Below the pieces are notes generated by a model. It had not been told where the DNA came from. It ran no database searches and saw nothing but the letters and a program-made list of their open reading frames with translations. A DNA stretch of 32,000 bases, taken from Ignicoccus pacificus DSM 13166 (GTDB taxonomy: Archaea > Thermoproteota > Thermoprotei_A > Sulfolobales > Ignicoccaceae). Where the stretch lies: positions 930,001-962,000 of the forward strand of contig CP006868.1 in the NCBI GenBank assembly GCA_025340205.1, written 5' to 3'. This document shows positions 25,238 through 32,000 of this stretch, one piece after another. Within the stretch, counting starts at the first letter, position 1. Each line of letters starts with the position of its first letter. The position numbers were made by a program, and so were the translations under genes.

Positions 25238-25741
25238 TCACTGCTGGATCACGAACTCACAGTACTCGTCACCGGAAGGCATATGTGCAGTTCTCTTTAT
25301 TATAACCTCAGCGTCAGGAGCCCCCAACTTTCTTCCATTCTCTAACTCTAAACGAACCTTCTTACCAGTCAGCCTCTCTATTATGCCAGCCTTTATGGCT
25401 CCACAAGCGGTGCATGCCAGAGGCTTCTTCTCGGTAAAGTCGTAGTGCGGACACTTCTTCACTCTGACAGTCAAGGGATTCTCGCTCACTATCTCGTATT
25501 CGAAGGGCTTACCTATCTTTTGATAGGGTAAGTAGCAAGCTAGCAAGGCGTCTTTGATATCTTTTATATTCATTAAGTCGACCATTAAGTCTCCGGCGCT
25601 GTTCTTGGTTGCCTCCTTTACTATCCTGAATATCATAGCAGTTGTCGCTCCCGACCCTATGTGCTTCTCGAGTTCGGTCGGCATGTACTTGAAAAGTAAT
25701 CGCTCCAGCGCGTCTGAGAAGAATTGGCAGACGGAGTCCAA
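25238..25741 (-). CDS. hypothetical protein, possibly V4R-type small-molecule-binding domain
   Basis: VRVKKCPHYDF..PLACTACGAIKAGIIERLTG resembles the Cys/Gly-rich core of V4R domains. Weak by-eye call. The ORF itself is well supported by its length and position. Confidence 0.45.
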   Translation of the reverse strand: MDSVCQFFSDALERLLFKYMPTELEKHIGSGATTAMIFRIVKEATKNSAGDLMVDLMNIKDIKDALLACYLPYQKIGKPFEYEIVSENPLTVRVKKCPHYDFTEKKPLACTACGAIKAGIIERLTGKKVRLELENGRKLGAPDAEVIIKRTAHMPSGDEYCEFVIQQ

Positions 25742-25834
25742 ATGACATCCCTACCTTACTTTAGTCAAAAAGGATTTTTAGACATGGACCTCATGGATTC
25801 TCTTCATTTCTCCATGAAGAAGACCAAAGAGAGC

Positions 25835-25857
25835 GCTTTTAGTCAATCGCTAAAAGC
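25835..25857. promoter_or_regulatory. 8-bp perfect inverted repeat GCTTTTAG-N7-CTAAAAGC 19 nt upstream of rmlC
   Basis: Read directly (arms 25835-25842 and 25850-25857). The arms are themselves TATA-like (TTTTAG / CTAAAA). TTTAGTCAA (25838-25846) also occurs at 25760-25768. Confidence 0.3.
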
Positions 25858-25875
25858 TCCATATGGATTGGAAGC

Positions 25876-26442
25876 ATGCCGTTCCTCGAGTTCAAGAGGC
25901 TCGACATCCCTGACGTAATACTCGTAACTCCCAAGGTCTTCCCAGATCAGAGGGGCTATTTCAAGGAGATATGGAAGAGGACCCCCTTCCTAGCGGAGGG
26001 GATACCTTACGACTTCGTTCAAGCAAACGTCAGTATGAGCAAGAAATACATCCTTAGGGGGCTCCACTATCAGCTCAAGCCTTCCGAGATGGGTAAGTTA
26101 GTAACCGTGCTAAAAGGAAGAATATTCGACGTAGCGGTCGATATAAGGAAGGGATCCCCTTACTATGGGAAATGGGTAGGTGTGGAGCTCAGCGAGGACA
26201 ACCACAAGCTACTGTGGATCCCTCCAGGCTTCGCCCACGGCTTCCAAGCCTTAGAGGACGATACAATAGTTTTGTACCTAGTCACGAAGGAGTACGACCC
26301 AGAGAGGGACGCTTGCATGAGGTGGGATGACCCAGAAATAGGGATCGAATGGCCATACCCGGATAAGGCCATCTTGAGTCAGAAGGATTCCAAGTGCCCT
26401 CCTCTTAGGGAGGCTCCCAATAACTTCACCTACCCTATATGA
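25876..26442 (+). CDS. rmlC: dTDP-4-dehydrorhamnose 3,5-epimerase
   Basis: Motifs DQRGYFKE, QANVSMSKKYILRGLHYQ, KLVTVLKGRIFDVAVDIRKGSPYYGKW and WIPPGFAHGF. Confidence 0.92.
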   Translation: MPFLEFKRLDIPDVILVTPKVFPDQRGYFKEIWKRTPFLAEGIPYDFVQANVSMSKKYILRGLHYQLKPSEMGKLVTVLKGRIFDVAVDIRKGSPYYGKWVGVELSEDNHKLLWIPPGFAHGFQALEDDTIVLYLVTKEYDPERDACMRWDDPEIGIEWPYPDKAILSQKDSKCPPLREAPNNFTYPI

Positions 26443-26454
26443 GGTGTTTTGAAG

Positions 26455-27366
26455 ATGAAGCTTCTGGTCCTCGGCGGGGCGGGCGTCACAGGGAAGCGAG
26501 TGGTCGAGATAGCCCTGAATAAAGGAATGGAAGTTTATGCCACTTATCGACATACCCCTCCTCCGAAGAGCTTGAGAGACGCCAACTGGCTCAAAGCCGA
26601 TGTCGATGAGATAGATACTATTAGAAAACTTCTGAACGAATTAAAACCTGAAGCTGTAATAGATATGCATGCTTACAATAAGGTGGATGATTGTGAGGAC
26701 GTTGGTAGGGAGGACTGTTGGAGAACGAATGCCATGTCTCCCGGGTTGTGGGCGAGGGAATGTTCAAAGAAAGGCATTAAGTACGTGTGGGTGAGCACAG
26801 ACTTCGTCTTCGACGGTGAAAATCCCCCTTATGCAGAGGGGGACGTTCCCAGACCTCTCTCTCAATACGCTGTTAGCAAGCTGGTAGGGGAGCAGAGAGC
26901 CTTGCTAGAAGGAGCGATAGTGCTGAGAACAGCAGTTGTGTACGACTCCGACCCTAGGAGCAAGTTCCTAGGATGGGTTATTAGGAGACTGGCCGAGGGG
27001 AAGGAGGTTCCGGCGTTCGTGGATCAATGGAACAACCCTACTTGGGCGAAGGCGTTGGCTCAAGTTTCGATAGAAGCTCTAAGGTTGGAGGGGCCGAAGC
27101 TCCTTCACGCCGTCGGAAAGGAATGCATGAGTAGGTATGAATTCGCTAAGGCGGTCGCGAGGGCTATGGGTTACAGCGAGAACTTAGTAAAACCCTCGTG
27201 CTCATGTGAGATAAAGCAAAAGGCTAGGAGACCCAAGAGGAATTGTCTACTCACCGAAAAACTAAAGGAGAAACTAGGGGTGGAGATACCGTCGCCAAGG
27301 GAAGTGATCAAAGAAATATCGAAGGAGCTTAAGGAAACTTACTTGAGCTCCAATGAGCTCTCTTGA
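26455..27366 (+). CDS. rmlD: dTDP-4-dehydrorhamnose reductase
   Basis: Motifs MKLLVLGGAGVTGKRV (Rossmann), VSTDFVFDG, YAVSKLVGE and DQWNNPTW. I prefer ATG 26455 (GAGGTG 8 nt upstream) to track start TTG 26449. Confidence 0.85.
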   Translation: MKLLVLGGAGVTGKRVVEIALNKGMEVYATYRHTPPPKSLRDANWLKADVDEIDTIRKLLNELKPEAVIDMHAYNKVDDCEDVGREDCWRTNAMSPGLWARECSKKGIKYVWVSTDFVFDGENPPYAEGDVPRPLSQYAVSKLVGEQRALLEGAIVLRTAVVYDSDPRSKFLGWVIRRLAEGKEVPAFVDQWNNPTWAKALAQVSIEALRLEGPKLLHAVGKECMSRYEFAKAVARAMGYSENLVKPSCSCEIKQKARRPKRNCLLTEKLKEKLGVEIPSPREVIKEISKELKETYLSSNELS

Positions 27367-28412
27367 GCGGCCATCATCTTTATTATTGTCCTTAAACTCG
27401 GATCTACGTACACTTGGGACTTCATTCCGATAATACTATCTATCATCCTCGAGACTCCTAAATTCAACGAGGCCTCATCCAATATCAACGACCTGGATAT
27501 GGATCCTCCTTGAACCCTAGAACCTCTCTCCAAGTCCACGTAATGCTCTATTACGGAATCCGGACCTACTACGACGCCCTCTCCTATGTAGGCAGGGCCG
27601 TAAACCTTACCCTCTATTATCGCTCCCTTCTCTACGTAAACATTTCCTATTACCTCCCCCTTGACCTCTCCGAGTATCTTTGGCTCCTTCAAGTACATAT
27701 CCATTAGTATTATCATTGCTTCAATGAGATCCTTCGGCTTTCCGGCATCCTTCCACCACCTCTCTATTGTAACAAAGCCTATCTTCTTGTTATTCTTTAT
27801 GTAGCAGTTAATGATATCGGTTATTTCATACTCTCCTCTAGCGCTCGGTTTCAATGTAGAGAAACACTTCATGTACTCCTCTGGATCTCTAAAGTAATAG
27901 AGACCGATGAGGGCGTACTGAGAAGGAGGCTCCTTCGGCTTCTCTACGAATCCCACTATCTTTCCATCTTTGATTATCGCTACACCAAACCTCCTAGGAT
28001 CGGGTACTTTGGCTAGGAAGATAACGGAATCATAGTCCTCTTTTTCAATTAGCTTCTTGAACTTAGGCACCCATTCCTCATCTATTATATTGTCTCCCAA
28101 GTATACGATGAAGTCCTCCTTGAGGTCTCTTTCCTTGATTACCAAGGATATTGCATGAGCTATGCCCAATCTCTCCTCTTGAGTTACGTAATCTATCTTA
28201 ACTCCTAGGAACTCGTTTCCTAGTCTCTCCTTGAAGGCGAAGCCCAGCCATCCGACTACTAGGCTCACCTCGTTTATTCCAAGCCTCTTGAGCTGCTCTA
28301 TTCCATATGCGAGAAGGGGCTTGCCTAGGAGGGGGATTAGGGGCTTTGGCAAGGAGAAGGTTATAGGCCTTAACCTCTTACCCTCTCCAGCAGCTAAGAT
28401 GATGCCGTGCAT
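27339..28412 (-). CDS. rmlA: sugar-1-phosphate nucleotidylyltransferase (glucose-1-phosphate thymidylyltransferase-like, long form with C-terminal left-handed beta-helix)
   Basis: MHGIILAAGEGKRLRPITFSLPKPLIPLLGKPL, LGDNI and EKPKEPPS. The C-terminal hexapeptide-repeat region is GEVIGNVYVEKGAIIEGKVYGPAYIGEGVVVGPDSVI. The symbol is tentative. Confidence 0.85.
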   Translation of the reverse strand: MHGIILAAGEGKRLRPITFSLPKPLIPLLGKPLLAYGIEQLKRLGINEVSLVVGWLGFAFKERLGNEFLGVKIDYVTQEERLGIAHAISLVIKERDLKEDFIVYLGDNIIDEEWVPKFKKLIEKEDYDSVIFLAKVPDPRRFGVAIIKDGKIVGFVEKPKEPPSQYALIGLYYFRDPEEYMKCFSTLKPSARGEYEITDIINCYIKNNKKIGFVTIERWWKDAGKPKDLIEAMIILMDMYLKEPKILGEVKGEVIGNVYVEKGAIIEGKVYGPAYIGEGVVVGPDSVIEHYVDLERGSRVQGGSISRSLILDEASLNLGVSRMIDSIIGMKSQVYVDPSLRTIIKMMAAQESSLELK

Positions 28413-28435
28413 CCAAGCTTCCCTGGGTGAGTAGG

Positions 28436-29638
28436 TTATGGAGATGATAAAGGTTGGATTTCATTCATAAGTCTCTCCAAGTCTTTAGTGAAGTTCTCTG
28501 CCAGTTTCCTCCTCTTGAACCTCTCGGGAAATTTGAAGCAATATTCGGGAACGTCTGCCTCTAATGCGTTGTTTATTGCCTCCTTCCAGCACCTCGGTGA
28601 CATAGGGTCCTTAACGAAGAAGATGCAATCTTCAGGATAGATTTCGGTAAAGGGAGGTATCCTCGGGAGGACAACCTTTGTCCTCAAGCTCAGAGCTTCT
28701 AGCGGCGGAATCCCAAAGCCCTCTGCTAAGGTGGGAAATACAAACGCCCTAGAGACGCTTATCACAGAAACTGAGACCGCGTCCGGTGGACACCTTATCA
28801 CTTTTAGATCGACGTTGCTCGGCACGGAGGCTTTTACCAACTCGAGCTCATCCTCCCTAAAACATCCCATTAGTACGAACTCAAAGTTATTATCAATAAG
28901 AGATAGACCATCGAGCATTCTAATAAGCGGGTAAAGCCTCTTTGGTTCCAACGATCCTAAGTAGCTGAGCGTGCTCCTTCCGCTTATACCATAGGTCCTC
29001 AGAATTCTCTTCATGGTCTGTACGTCAAGCCTAGGTAAGTCCCTTAGTGGAGGAGGAAAGAGCAAGTAGGGTTTGTTTACGTTTAGTGCCTTTCTCAACT
29101 GCTCGTAAGTATGTTTAGTTGAAACTATGAGGGCATCGGAAGCCTCTATAGAACTCTTCAACACCTTTAGTATTCCTTCAACTCTTGAGGAATCAAACAA
29201 CTTCATGCGGCTCAGCTCTAACGGTACCAAATCATATATTATGCTTAGTTTCAGTTTCGCCTTTTGTTTTGAGAACATCTTTCTCAAAGAATAGGCATGG
29301 CGTGCTAGGATGAATACGCCTTCGTTAAGTTTGTTCTTTTTGATAAACAATGCTCCCTTAATCATCAACTGAAGTGAAGTTAGACCCAAGGATATCTTTT
29401 GGACGGAGTTGGTTACTTTAGGAGCACTCACAATCAACGCGTCTTCACTGATCTTCTTGAGTTCCTTTAGTCTTCGTCTGTTCGTCTCGCTCGCGTAACC
29501 GAAGGGGGAATCCTCAACGATGAAGAAAATTTCGTGGCCTACCTCTTTCAGTCCCTTAGCCATTTCCAAAACGTGAAGGAACTGACCGGCGGAGGACCTC
29601 GTGCTAATGAATATCGTAAACTTTGTTCGAAGACTCAA
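28436..29638 (-). CDS. GT-B fold glycosyltransferase (GT4/GT1 family)
   Basis: C-terminal FVFPTLAEGFGIPPLEALS (EX7E-type motif) and N-terminal FISTRSSAGQFLHVLEMAKGLKEVGHEI. TTG start. Confidence 0.8.
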   Translation of the reverse strand: MSLRTKFTIFISTRSSAGQFLHVLEMAKGLKEVGHEIFFIVEDSPFGYASETNRRRLKELKKISEDALIVSAPKVTNSVQKISLGLTSLQLMIKGALFIKKNKLNEGVFILARHAYSLRKMFSKQKAKLKLSIIYDLVPLELSRMKLFDSSRVEGILKVLKSSIEASDALIVSTKHTYEQLRKALNVNKPYLLFPPPLRDLPRLDVQTMKRILRTYGISGRSTLSYLGSLEPKRLYPLIRMLDGLSLIDNNFEFVLMGCFREDELELVKASVPSNVDLKVIRCPPDAVSVSVISVSRAFVFPTLAEGFGIPPLEALSLRTKVVLPRIPPFTEIYPEDCIFFVKDPMSPRCWKEAINNALEADVPEYCFKFPERFKRRKLAENFTKDLERLMNEIQPLSSP

Positions 29639-29645
29639 GGGCTCT

Positions 29646-30035
29646 TCAGTCCCTACTCACGCCTAGGAGAAGCGGATAGATAGCTGTTCCCTTGACCTTT
29701 CTCACCTTTTCAACAACGTCCTTAACCTTTTCTATTTCACCCTTTAGCATTGCAGTAATTATGTACGACTTACCCTCTTTTGATATACAGAAAGAGGAGG
29801 TTAGCGACGAGACCAATTCTATGAGTTGTTGTAACGAAGAGCCGCTATGCACAATTACCAAAACCATCAAGCCTTTCGAGGAACCTCCTTCGATGAGCGA
29901 TAAGTAGCCTATGAACGACCTTATAGCTATCTCTATGAGCTTGGACCTGCTCACGCCTAACGCGCTGGCTCCTCTTTCCAGCTCTTCCAACAAGTCTTTC
30001 GGTATCGATATGCCGAAGCGCACCAACTCAGTCAT
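29646..30035 (-). CDS. NikR-family regulator (RHH DNA-binding domain plus ACT-like C-terminal domain) without recognisable nickel ligands
   Basis: MTELVRFGISIPKDLLEELE...SRSKLIEIAIRSFI is a typical NikR/CopG N-terminus. The C-terminal ..AMLKGEIEKVKDVVEKVRKVKG parallels E. coli NikR [22 protein letters not shown] (from memory). The C-terminal domain holds only 1 His and 1 Cys. Confidence 0.65.
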   Translation of the reverse strand: MTELVRFGISIPKDLLEELERGASALGVSRSKLIEIAIRSFIGYLSLIEGGSSKGLMVLVIVHSGSSLQQLIELVSSLTSSFCISKEGKSYIITAMLKGEIEKVKDVVEKVRKVKGTAIYPLLLGVSRD

Positions 30036-30044
30036 CTTGCTTCG

Positions 30045-30074
30045 AATAAGGACTTGTACTATAACCTAATAAGG
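30045..30074. promoter_or_regulatory. direct repeat AATAAGG (30045-30051, 30068-30074; CCTTATT on minus strand) flanking a TATA-like GTTATAG element upstream of the NikR-like gene
   Basis: Read directly. The repeats are 23 bp apart, start to start. The proximal copy lies 10-16 nt upstream of ATG 30035, with the TATA-like element between the two. Confidence 0.3.
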
Positions 30075-30193
30075 TAGTGAGAGTTAAGCGCTCGAAGGAC
30101 GCTAAAGGTAAAGGGGATGACCACGACTTGCCCCCCTGGAGCTTCCAGCTATGAAGAAATTACCGCGATGGGACCCCCAAGAGGTGAAATACC

Positions 30194-31138
30194 TTGAAGC
30201 TCAAGGATCTCCCAGTAAGCGACGTCGGGGAGTTCGCGGAAGCGGTGGCGAACCTCTCCTGGGATGAGGTCTACGAACTGTTGTTAGAGGGAGCCGAGCT
30301 CCTGAAGAGGCTCCCCGAAGGGGGAATATTCCCCATAGCCTACACCGCTCCCGATTCCCCCTATGCCTTTCATGGGGATCTGCACGGAGATATAGTCACC
30401 GTGTTCGAGTTATGGGAGAAAATAGGAACACAAAGGATACTGAATGAATACAAACTGGTCTTCCTCGGAGACTACGTGGACAGAGGACCTAAGCAGCTTG
30501 AAGCTTTGCTCCTCCCTCTGGCTCTGAAGGCTAGGAGACCCTCAGAGGTAATAGTGCTAAGAGGGAACCACGAGCCCGTTAGGGGACTAGAACCTCTCCC
30601 TCATGATTTTCCCCATTACTTAGCTAGGAGGTTTAGAGGGAAGGGTGAGAAACTATATTCTGTAGCGAAACAAGTATTTGAGAACATGCCGCTGGTACTT
30701 TACGTTGAAGGCTCCGTCGTCGCCTTTCATGGTGGACCACCCACCGTTCTGGTCAGGAGGGGGTGTGAGGGCACTAGCTGTTTGTTCGACGATAAGATAA
30801 GGCATTTGGTAGTAGAAGAGATATTGTGGAACGAGCCCGGGGAGATATGCTCTTGGGACGACCCTCCAGAAACTTGTTGGGCACCAAGTCCTAGAGGGAG
30901 AGGATATCTCTGGGGACCTGGGGTCACTAACGCTCTCTTGAGGTTCACGAAGACAAAGTTCCTTGTAAGAGCAAATACCCCAATAGATGGGGTTAAGTTC
31001 TTTCACATGGGTAGGGGAGTTAGCGTGTTCAGTAGGAGAGGCATGCCCTTTGCTAATGAAAAGGGTGGGATTTGGGCACCGAACTTCTTGGACAGACAGT
31101 GGTGGGCCAAACCCGACAAGTGGGTCTATCTTACCTAA
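30194..31138 (+). CDS. PPP-family serine/threonine protein phosphatase (PP1-arch type metallophosphoesterase)
   Basis: Motifs GDLHGD, FLGDYVDRG and LRGNHE. TTG start with a perfect SD (GAGGTGA) 7 nt upstream. An in-frame TGA at 30185 and the absence of an ATG before the motifs force a non-ATG start. Confidence 0.88.
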   Translation: MKLKDLPVSDVGEFAEAVANLSWDEVYELLLEGAELLKRLPEGGIFPIAYTAPDSPYAFHGDLHGDIVTVFELWEKIGTQRILNEYKLVFLGDYVDRGPKQLEALLLPLALKARRPSEVIVLRGNHEPVRGLEPLPHDFPHYLARRFRGKGEKLYSVAKQVFENMPLVLYVEGSVVAFHGGPPTVLVRRGCEGTSCLFDDKIRHLVVEEILWNEPGEICSWDDPPETCWAPSPRGRGYLWGPGVTNALLRFTKTKFLVRANTPIDGVKFFHMGRGVSVFSRRGMPFANEKGGIWAPNFLDRQWWAKPDKWVYLT

Positions 31139-31179
31139 TTACCTATAAGGAACCTCACATCAACTCTTAGCGATTGAGG

Positions 31180-31959
31180 ATGATAGAGAGAGTGGAGGTA
31201 CTAGGAAGAGAGCATTTGGTGAGGGCTGTCAGGGCATCTTCTGGTTTGGTAGCGGTAGCCAGCAGCCTAGGAAGAGGTTACGTCCTTAGGGAAGGAAGGA
31301 TAGTCGAGGAGATAAGCGTTGACATACCACTCTTATCCACTGATATCTCTAATAAGGTAAGCTTCGGAGGGTTAGGAAAAGTGATAATCATTAACGATGG
31401 AAAGAGGACACTAAGGGTTGGTGGAACGGCCTTATACGTGCGCAAGGGTAAGTATGCCTCGGTATACTATGGAGGCTCATCTAAGGTATACGACTTGGAA
31501 AAGAATGAAGTGATTATAGAGATAAAAGATGTCATTAGGTCAATAGATTACAACGACCGATACTTAGTGTTGGTCGGCGCAAACGCTACGAGGATATATT
31601 CGGAGGGGGAGCTCTTATTCGAGATAACGCTAGAGAAAGGGAGAGGCGTGGTGCTAAGCGAGAACGAGATGAAGCTCTTGGTCCGCGATCCTTATTTCAT
31701 AGACGTTTCTCATGTATACGATTATACCTTAGGTAATAACATAGAACTGAAGAGAAAGGTTAGTTTAGAAGGTACTGCCTACGACCTTCATAGCGATAAT
31801 GAGACCATAGCTATCGCCACTAGCGATTACGTCTATCTATTAGATAATGACTTGAACGAGATAAAGAGGATAAGGGAGGGCGCCATATCTGCAAGTGTTG
31901 ATAATGACTTAGTGTGTTATGCTTCCAAAGGCGCTCTGAGGTGCGGGATCTTCAAATAA
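31180..31959 (+). CDS. hypothetical protein, possibly a compact beta-propeller of about 7 blades
   Basis: Seven units of roughly 35 aa, such as GLVAVASSLGRGYVLREG, RYLVLVGANATRIYSEG, ETIAIATSDYVYLLDND and DLVCYASKGALRCG. By-eye repeat call only. Start is ATG 31180 (track start TTG 31174). Confidence 0.45.
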   Translation: MIERVEVLGREHLVRAVRASSGLVAVASSLGRGYVLREGRIVEEISVDIPLLSTDISNKVSFGGLGKVIIINDGKRTLRVGGTALYVRKGKYASVYYGGSSKVYDLEKNEVIIEIKDVIRSIDYNDRYLVLVGANATRIYSEGELLFEITLEKGRGVVLSENEMKLLVRDPYFIDVSHVYDYTLGNNIELKRKVSLEGTAYDLHSDNETIAIATSDYVYLLDNDLNEIKRIREGAISASVDNDLVCYASKGALRCGIFK

Positions 31960-32000
31960 ACCCCTCCTCTCTCCTCTCTGGGATGCTCAGATGATCAAGG

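Noticed and set aside
25724-25918. 64-aa plus-strand ORF across the rmlC upstream region.
   Set aside because: It runs out of frame into the rmlC start. The region is better explained as a divergent promoter with TATA-like elements and repeats.
30100-30267. Possible C/D-box sRNA (GGGATGA...CTGG...ATGAAGA) and a 38-codon upstream ORF (ATG 30151 to TGA 30265-30267) in the 158-nt gap before the phosphatase gene.
   Set aside because: No proper D box (CUGA), no terminal stem, and only partial C/C' matches. The uORF is in a different frame and overlaps a phosphatase start that has a perfect SD, so it is probably fortuitous. A covariance-model scan would settle this.
1-32000. Scan for CRISPR arrays, IS elements or integrases, rRNA/tRNA genes and long tandem repeats.
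   Set aside because: I saw no regularly spaced direct repeats, no transposase- or integrase-like ORFs, and no non-coding stretch longer than about 160 nt. The only repeats found are the short promoter-proximal ones listed above.

Overview
Gene-dense window (about 37 CDS, very little non-coding DNA) from an archaeal chromosome. The thermosome, GGGP synthase, Elf1-like zinc ribbon, archaeal uL3/uL4/uL23, TATA-like boxes and GGTG-type Shine-Dalgarno sites point to a hyperthermophilic crenarchaeon. Desulfurococcales or Ignicoccus-like is my guess and is not verified. I saw no rRNA, tRNA, CRISPR array, transposase or integrase.

Housekeeping genes: thermosome, AMP-forming acetyl-CoA synthetase, rpiA, hisI, hisC, an ArgD/LysJ-type aminotransferase, GGGP synthase, a tRNA-binding protein, a beta-CASP nuclease and a truncated L3-L4-L23 operon.

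Accessory content:
- An exported octahaem (8 x CxxCH) HAO-family cytochrome c.
- A sulfate-activation and sulfotransfer gene set: sat, cysC, a PAPS-reductase domain fused to a 2x[4Fe-4S] ferredoxin domain, a sulfotransferase, a TauE/TSUP permease, a small RHH protein and two uncharacterised 2-TM paralogs.
- This set is interleaved with NDP-sugar and glycosyltransferase genes: long-form rmlA-like, rmlC, rmlD, GT2, GT4, a PMI-type cupin and a NikR-like regulator that lacks Ni ligands.

My best candidate for an undescribed system is this PAPS-dependent sulfation module and its embedded 2-TM paralog pair. The octahaem cytochrome and the unusual PAPS-reductase fusion are the other high-value targets.

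Other notable points: staggered gene overlaps in GA-rich tracts around the Elf1-like gene, many non-ATG starts, overlapping convergent 3' ends, and several palindromes or repeats at promoters. All family calls come from motif recognition by eye. No database search was run.
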